A stretch of DNA of 52,065 nucleotides from assembly GCA_021788105.1 (NCBI GenBank), contig JAJYKZ010000004.1, positions 1 to 52,065 on the forward strand, given 5' to 3'. The translations under genes were made by a program, and so were the position numbers. Under the pieces are notes generated by a model. The model did not search any database. It was given only the letters and a program-made list of their open reading frames with translations, and had not been told where the DNA came from. This document shows positions 46,384 through 52,065 of the stretch, in pieces; the stretch's first letter is position 1; each line of letters opens with the position of its first letter. The stretch comes from a bacterium (lineage in GTDB: Bacteria > Patescibacteriota > Minisyncoccia > Moranbacterales > UBA2206).

Positions 46384-46945
46384 GAAAATAAAAATCAATG
46401 GAAAAGAATTCGAATATGCGCTTCGGAAAAGAAAAGGAGTGCGCCGGATGCGGCTGGCGATTTATGCCGACGGAGCTTTTGTCGTATCGGCTCCGAAGTG
46501 GTATCCTGTATATGTCATCAATAAGTTCCTGGAAGAGAAGGCGGATTGGATTTTTGAAAAATTGAAACACGTGGATTTTTCCGAACTTAAAAAAAGGAAG
46601 GAAGCGGACAACGCGAAGTATAAAACAGCAAAGAAATCTGCCAAGAAAATTATTGAGAAGCGGGTGGAATTTTTGGCAAAGCGTTTCGGATTCGTCTATG
46701 GTCGGATTGCCGTCCGCAATCAACGCACTTGCTGGGGAAGTTGCAGCCGGAAAGGCAATCTGAATTTCAATTACAAGGCGGCGGACTTGCCGCAGGAATT
46801 GCAGGACTATATTATTATCCACGAACTTTGCCATTTGAAAGAACTGAATCACAGTCCGAGATTTTGGAAATTGGTGGGAGAAATCATTCCCGATTATAAA
46901 AATTTAAGAAAAATATTGCGGGAATTTAAAACAATCAATTTATGA
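46376..46945 (+). CDS. YgjP/DUF45 family zinc-metallopeptidase-like protein
   Basis: RNQRTCWGSCS, YIIIHELCHL, NHSPRFW. Confidence 0.9.
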   Translation: MNKKIKINGKEFEYALRKRKGVRRMRLAIYADGAFVVSAPKWYPVYVINKFLEEKADWIFEKLKHVDFSELKKRKEADNAKYKTAKKSAKKIIEKRVEFLAKRFGFVYGRIAVRNQRTCWGSCSRKGNLNFNYKAADLPQELQDYIIIHELCHLKELNHSPRFWKLVGEIIPDYKNLRKILREFKTINL

Positions 46946-47871
46946 GCTATTTGCTCGTCGCCATAATCGCATATTTTTTAGTGGGACTGGAAGTCATTCT
47001 GGACAAATTTTTGTTGACATCCAAAAGAGTCTCTCATCCTTCAATCTATGCTTTTTATGTGGGCTTGATGAGTTTGTTCGCGCTGGCGCTTTTTCCGTTC
47101 GGTTTCCATCTTTTAAGCTTCCAGGAATCTTTCTTGATACTTTTGCCCGGCATTGTTTTTGCCTACGGAATTCTGTCGATGTTTTTCGCCGTCAGAAAGA
47201 GCGAAGCCAGCCGGGTGGTGCCGGTGGTCGGCGCTGTCACTCCGATTGTCACTTATTTTCTATCGGTATTTTTTCTGCGCGAAAGGCTGACTCATTTCCA
47301 GATCTTGGGAGTTGTCGTCCTTATTCTGGGCGGACTTTTAATCTCGTTTGAATTTCCGCTCAGAATCAATAAGAAGAAATTTTTCCACGGTTTTTATTAT
47401 TCAATCGCGGCCGGAGTTATGCTGGCTGTCGCCTTCACCTGGTTCAAGATATTTTTTGAAAAGGATAATTTTGCCAATGTTTTCATCTGGACGCGCTTCG
47501 GATTGTTCTTAGGCGCGGCGAGTCTTCTGCTTTTTCCTTTCTGGCGCAAGAAAATTTTCAATTCTTTCAATGGATTCAGAAAGCCGGAAAAAGAAAATGT
47601 GGGAACGGGCGCGCTATTCGTCGCCAACAAGGCCTTGGGCGGCATTGGTTCGGCGCTGACGAATTACGCCATTTTTCTGGGAAGTGTGACGGTCGTCAAT
47701 GCTTTGGTTTCCACGGAGTATGTTTTCATTTTGGCGCTGGGATTGATTTTGTCAGTGCGCTTTCCGAAAATTTTCCAGGAAGAGGAAGATTTTCTCAATG
47801 TTTTTCAAAAAGTAATTTCCATAATTTTAATAACGCTGGGGATAATTTTAGTTTCTCTTAAGCGTTTGTAA
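46942..47871 (+). CDS. EamA/DMT family transporter
   Basis: About 10 TMs in two repeats; EASRVVP, FLRERL, GSVTVVNAL. Confidence 0.85.
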   Translation: MSYLLVAIIAYFLVGLEVILDKFLLTSKRVSHPSIYAFYVGLMSLFALALFPFGFHLLSFQESFLILLPGIVFAYGILSMFFAVRKSEASRVVPVVGAVTPIVTYFLSVFFLRERLTHFQILGVVVLILGGLLISFEFPLRINKKKFFHGFYYSIAAGVMLAVAFTWFKIFFEKDNFANVFIWTRFGLFLGAASLLLFPFWRKKIFNSFNGFRKPEKENVGTGALFVANKALGGIGSALTNYAIFLGSVTVVNALVSTEYVFILALGLILSVRFPKIFQEEEDFLNVFQKVISIILITLGIILVSLKRL

Positions 47872-47876
47872 AAAAA

Positions 47877-48968
47877 ATGAAAACAAAAAAAGAAAAAAGC
47901 GCCGCGCGACCGGGGAAGAAGGCGAAATCTTCCCGTTCGTTCGGTTCGATAATCAAAAAAGTTCTAAAGACAGCCGGACTTATTGTTTTGTGGGTGCTGA
48001 TTTTTGCCCTCATCTTGTTCGGATATTTCAATCTTCCGGTCAGCAATCACAATCAAAACGTCCAACTGGGAGTGACTTTCTCCAACCGGTACGCGGGCGA
48101 CATCGGTCTGGATTGGAAAAAAACTTACATTGCCATGCTGGACGATCTGAAAGTGCGAAAAATCAGAGTTCCGGTTTATTGGGATTTGGTGGAACCGAAA
48201 GAGGGACAGTACGATTTTTCCGCTATTGATTGGCAATTGGATCAGGCGCGCCAGCGGAATGCCGAAATAATTTTATCAGTCGGCCAGAAAGTTCCGCGCT
48301 GGCCGGAGTGCGCCATTCCTGATTGGGCCAAAACGAGCGACCAAAAAAGAAAAGAGAGCCTTTTGCAATTTATAGACGTGGTCATTAACCGCTACAAGAG
48401 CGGCCATCCGGAAATAAAATATTGGCAAATCGAAAACGAGCCGTTTCTGAAATTCGGAATTTGTCCCACTCCCGATCCCAGTCTTTTGGACAGCGAGTTA
48501 GCCTTGGCGCGCAAACTAGATCCGACACGACAAATACTTGTGAGCGATAGCGGAGAAATCGACCAATGGTTCAATGCTTATCCGAGGGCGGACATTTTCG
48601 GAACCACTTTATATCGGACCATTTGGAAAAACGGAATCGGCTATTTCCAATATCCGCTCGGACCGAGATTCTATCAGTTCAAATATTGGATCAACAGTTT
48701 GCTGTTTGGAAAAAAGCCCGCTTATGTAATCGAACTTCAGGCCGAACCATGGATCAATGGCTATACGACCAACCAGCCGCTTTCCGAACAATTCAAATCG
48801 ATGAATGTTGTTCAGCTTAAAGCCAATGTTGATTACGCGGAAAAAGTCGGCTTTCCGGGCATTTATCTTTGGGGAGTGGAGTGGTGGTATTGGCTGAAAT
48901 ATAACAAGAATCATCCGGAACTGTGGGATGCGGCGAAAACCATGTTTCAAAATCAGAGCCAATTGTGA
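47877..48968 (+). CDS. Membrane-anchored clan-A glycoside hydrolase (GH5/GH42-like)
   Basis: TM; RVPVYWDLVEPKEGQYDF, WQIENEP (acid/base), IELQAEPW (nucleophile), LWGVEWW. Confidence 0.8.
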   Translation: MKTKKEKSAARPGKKAKSSRSFGSIIKKVLKTAGLIVLWVLIFALILFGYFNLPVSNHNQNVQLGVTFSNRYAGDIGLDWKKTYIAMLDDLKVRKIRVPVYWDLVEPKEGQYDFSAIDWQLDQARQRNAEIILSVGQKVPRWPECAIPDWAKTSDQKRKESLLQFIDVVINRYKSGHPEIKYWQIENEPFLKFGICPTPDPSLLDSELALARKLDPTRQILVSDSGEIDQWFNAYPRADIFGTTLYRTIWKNGIGYFQYPLGPRFYQFKYWINSLLFGKKPAYVIELQAEPWINGYTTNQPLSEQFKSMNVVQLKANVDYAEKVGFPGIYLWGVEWWYWLKYNKNHPELWDAAKTMFQNQSQL

Positions 48969-49020
48969 TAAAATTTGATCAGCAAAATAAAAAAATAAAA
49001 ATGGAAAGCGAGGTGTTGTT

Positions 49021-49203
49021 ATGAAATGTACAAAATCAAAGGCTGATATTTTGATGATCCTTTCAGCCATAGCCGTAATTTTGGCTGCTATTGATTTCGT
49101 TTTCAAGATTGACTTTTTGAAGTTGGCCGGAACCCAGTGGATCCTTATCGCAATCGTTTTTGGAATTTACGGACTGTATGCGTCTGAAAGAAAAGCGGCC
49201 TAA
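49021..49203 (+). CDS. Small two-TM membrane protein
   Basis: 60-aa ORF with SD-like GAGGTG; LAGTQWILIAIVFGIYG. Confidence 0.75.
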   Translation: MKCTKSKADILMILSAIAVILAAIDFVFKIDFLKLAGTQWILIAIVFGIYGLYASERKAA

Positions 49204-49281
49204 GTTCGCGGCAATATTAATTGCATCCGGATATTGTGCAAATAATATTCGGGTATAGTTAATATTTTATCTTTTTATTTT

Positions 49282-49950
49282 ATGTCCAAAGTCATTGTTG
49301 ACATTGAAACGATCGGGGTTGATTTCGAAACTCTGGATGAAAAAAGCCAAGAATATCTTTTGAAATTTTGTGAAAATGACGAAGAAAGGGAAGACACCAA
49401 GAAAAAACTTTCCCTTTATCCTTTGACCGGAGAAGTGGTGACAATCGGAATGCTTAATCCGGAAACGATGAAAGGCGTGGCGCTTTTTCAAGACAAAGGC
49501 GAAGGCATGGAAAAATTTGAAGAAAACGGAATTGTCTATGAAGCGGGAACGGAAAAACAGATTTTGGAAAAATTTTGGGACATTCTCAGGGTTTATGATC
49601 AAGTCGTAACTTTCAACGGGCGGGGATTTGACGCGCCTTTCCTGATGCTGCGAAGCGCGATCAACAAAGTCCGTTCGACCAAAAATATGATGGGTTACCG
49701 TTATGATTACAAAACCCACTGCGATCTGATGGAGCAAATGACTTTCTACGGCGCGGTCAGAAAATATAATCTGGATTTTTATGCCAAGACTTTCGGAATC
49801 AAAAGTTCCAAGGACGGCGGCGTGGATGGTTCGATGGTGGGAGAAATGTATAAACAGAAAAAATATCTGGACGTGGCGCGCTATTGTGTCCGGGATTTGG
49901 TAACAACCAAGGAACTTTTTGAATATTGGGAAAAGTATCTTAGATTTTAA
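49282..49950 (+). CDS. DEDD 3'-5' exonuclease (PolB-exonuclease-like, RNase H fold)
   Basis: VDIET, VTFNGRGFDAPFL, HCDL, YCVRDL. Confidence 0.9.
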   Translation: MSKVIVDIETIGVDFETLDEKSQEYLLKFCENDEEREDTKKKLSLYPLTGEVVTIGMLNPETMKGVALFQDKGEGMEKFEENGIVYEAGTEKQILEKFWDILRVYDQVVTFNGRGFDAPFLMLRSAINKVRSTKNMMGYRYDYKTHCDLMEQMTFYGAVRKYNLDFYAKTFGIKSSKDGGVDGSMVGEMYKQKKYLDVARYCVRDLVTTKELFEYWEKYLRF

Positions 49951-50020
49951 ATATTCAGAAAGCTCAGTCATTTACAAAATTCCAGCAAGAGTTATCATAA
50001 AATCAAAGGATATAAAAAAA

Positions 50021-51493
50021 GTGAAAAGACCATCCACAAAAAAAGGCAATGCGTCTCAAAATTTAAATCTGCTTAAGTTTGTTTTCATCTTCTCAATTTT
50101 CTTGGGAAGCTTTTTGTTTTACACCCATTCCGCCCATGCGGCGACGTATTACATATCACCGAACGGAAATGATAGCAATGACGGAATCTCTGTTTCAAAT
50201 CCTTGGAGAACATTTCCGCATGCGATGGATATGCTGAAAGCTGACGATACGTTATATCTTTTGGATGGCACATATGCTGCTTTGCAATCCGAAGCGGTAT
50301 ATGGCGGCAATCAAGTCATTATTGAACCTGCCGTCAATTCAGACACCGGATATGCATTGCATTCCGGTTCTGCGGGAGCATCCATAACGATAGCGGCGCT
50401 TCATCAGGGGAAGGCTGTTTTAGATTGCGGTGGCGGAAGTTCTTCTTATGCGATTTGGGTTCCTAATAATATGAATTATTTCACCGTTCAAGGTTTGAAT
50501 ATTCAGAATTGTCATATAGGCGTGATGTTGGAAGGAAATAATTCCGACGGAACACATGTCGATCATCCCACTATAAAAAATTGTGTATTTCATAATGTGG
50601 ACGAGGCGGTTCAGGGAGCGGATTTCGATTCGAATACGATGATCGATTCCAACATTGTATATAATTTTGCAGCATTGGGGGCAAATCAGGATCATGCGCT
50701 CTATCCCAGGGGCATTAACGGAACGATACAAAACAATCTCGTTTATAATAATTTAGGAAACGGCTGGAGCATTCAGATCGGCAGCTATGGGACTTCGCCT
50801 TCCGGCACTTGGAAAATAATAAACAATACTTTGACCGGAAGCAACAATACCGGGCATCAGGTTTGCATTATGTTTTATGGAGTTAACATCTCAAATCTGT
50901 ATCTGTTTAACAATATCTGTACGGGAGCAACCCAGGCGCTTGTAGATGGAAGATGGGGATCGGGCTATTATGCCGAGAACAATCTCATGGACAGCACTTC
51001 CCAAATTTATACGGGCGGTTGTGATTCCAATCATTGTTTTAATAATTTAGGCAACACTCCTGCTGGATTTGTCAGCTCGTCTTCGCATGATTATTCCCTT
51101 GCGTCCGGTTCGGCTGCAATAGGGGCGGGTACGAACACTTACGCCCCCGGCTATGACATTGCCGGTACGACGAGGCCGCAAGGATCTGGTTACGATATCG
51201 GAGCTTATGAATATGCGTCTTCCGCGTCGGCATCCAATTCCGGCACAAATGCTTATTCATCTTCAAATAACTCTTCCTCTTCCGCATCCCAAGCTTCCTC
51301 CGCCGAAGCTTCTTCAAATTCTTCAACAACCGACAATCAGCAGCCGGCAATCAATTCTTCCGCAACGAATTATTCCATTGCCGATGCCCTTAAACTTGTG
51401 GCCGACTGGTTTTCCGGAAACGCCGGCGCTGATGTGAACAAGGACGGAAAAATCAACATTCAGGATCTGGGAGTCATTATGAGCCGGTGGTAG
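50021..51493 (+). CDS. Secreted right-handed beta-helix protein with Ser-rich linker and dockerin-like C-terminus
   Basis: Signal ending SAHA; ATYYISPNGNDSNDG...PWRT; Asn-rich parallel beta-helix; RPQGSGYDIGAYEY; ADVNKDGKINIQDL; GTG 50021 preferred. Confidence 0.82.
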   Translation: MKRPSTKKGNASQNLNLLKFVFIFSIFLGSFLFYTHSAHAATYYISPNGNDSNDGISVSNPWRTFPHAMDMLKADDTLYLLDGTYAALQSEAVYGGNQVIIEPAVNSDTGYALHSGSAGASITIAALHQGKAVLDCGGGSSSYAIWVPNNMNYFTVQGLNIQNCHIGVMLEGNNSDGTHVDHPTIKNCVFHNVDEAVQGADFDSNTMIDSNIVYNFAALGANQDHALYPRGINGTIQNNLVYNNLGNGWSIQIGSYGTSPSGTWKIINNTLTGSNNTGHQVCIMFYGVNISNLYLFNNICTGATQALVDGRWGSGYYAENNLMDSTSQIYTGGCDSNHCFNNLGNTPAGFVSSSSHDYSLASGSAAIGAGTNTYAPGYDIAGTTRPQGSGYDIGAYEYASSASASNSGTNAYSSSNNSSSSASQASSAEASSNSSTTDNQQPAINSSATNYSIADALKLVADWFSGNAGADVNKDGKINIQDLGVIMSRW

Positions 51494-51557
51494 GTCGGAC
51501 GTTCGAATCGATACATTTTTCATGGTATAATTAAAGCATAAAATTCACACAATCAAA

Positions 51558-52065
51558 GTGAAAAACCAAACTTCAAAACAAAAAACATTTCATCATGCTA
51601 ATTTTGTTTTTGCCTTCCTGATCCTTTTGGGAAGCTTTTTGTTTTACACCCATTCCGCCCATGCCGCCACCTATTACATCGACTACAGCAGCGGTTCCGA
51701 TGCCAACACCGGACTCACCAAATCCTCACCCTGGCAGCACCAACCGTATATGAAAGGCTTCACCGGCACCTACACCCACCAAGCCGGAGACGTCTTCATA
51801 TTCAAAGGGGGAGTGACGTGGGCATACTCGGCAACCGATCCGATATTTCCAATAGAAATACAACAAGGGGGCGCATCAGGCAATCCCGATCAATATACAG
51901 TGGACAAAACGTGGTACGACGGTTCCTCATACACTCCTCCCATCTTCGACGGTTGTCAGACGGCGGAAGGACTGAATGTGTGCGGACTCAATGGCGCGGC
52001 GACGCTGGGGGCGAATAGCTGGCTGATTGGGGATGACAATGGAGTATATTCTGTTTCAAACGTTA
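51558..52065 (+). CDS. Second secreted beta-helix-type protein (partial, runs off the window; not in the ORF track)
   Basis: GTG 51558, frame open to the end: signal ...GSFLFYTHSAHA, then ATYYIDYSSGSDANTGLTKSSPWQH, AGDVFIFKGGVTW. Confidence 0.82.
   Translation, partial: MKNQTSKQKTFHHANFVFAFLILLGSFLFYTHSAHAATYYIDYSSGSDANTGLTKSSPWQHQPYMKGFTGTYTHQAGDVFIFKGGVTWAYSATDPIFPIEIQQGGASGNPDQYTVDKTWYDGSSYTPPIFDGCQTAEGLNVCGLNGAATLGANSWLIGDDNGVYSVSNV

Noticed and set aside
49919-50020. N-terminal extension of the beta-helix ORF given in the ORF track
   Set aside because: Overlaps the exonuclease stop and puts the signal peptide too far inside; GTG 50021 matches the start of the paralog at 51558
1-52065. 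CRISPR array, tRNA/rRNA, prophage or integrase, or a second VR-bearing target
   Set aside because: None seen by eye: no regularly spaced repeats, phage structural genes or recombinase, and no other ORF carries the TR-like WLDNDW segment. A computational scan (tRNAscan-SE, blastn with TR) is needed to exclude weak cases

Overview
Gene-dense, mostly + strand bacterial window. Most genes have AT-rich leaders without a Shine-Dalgarno site, and the content is dominated by envelope, transport and glycan genes; this suggests a Patescibacteria/CPR (Parcubacteria-like) genome, by inference only. The main element is an apparently intact diversity-generating retroelement (DGR) at ~3720-6430: a 231-aa target gene whose 3' variable repeat (VR, 4435-4560) differs from a template repeat (TR, 4900-5025) at 21 of 126 positions, 20 of them TR adenines; a downstream hairpin; an Avd-like gene; and a DGR-type reverse transcriptase (RT). 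Its layout is unusual. avd lies antisense between TR and RT. Its probable ATG (5457) is inside the 5' end of RT, and a G10 homopolymer (5406-5415) puts it one base out of frame, a candidate slipped-strand ON/OFF switch for hypermutation. The target leader also holds a 24-bp hairpin whose only non-Watson-Crick pairs are G-U. The rest of the window includes two ABC-2 systems, SET/PIMT/PTP protein-modifying enzymes, MscS, a P3A-type H+-ATPase, two ECF sigma/anti-sigma pairs, MacAB-like and EmrAB-like efflux, a GH18-deacetylase-GT2 fusion, three paralogous Cys-rich lysozyme-like proteins, three DedA proteins, typA, lgt, glycoside hydrolases and tandem secreted beta-helix proteins. All calls come from reading motifs by eye; no database searches were run.
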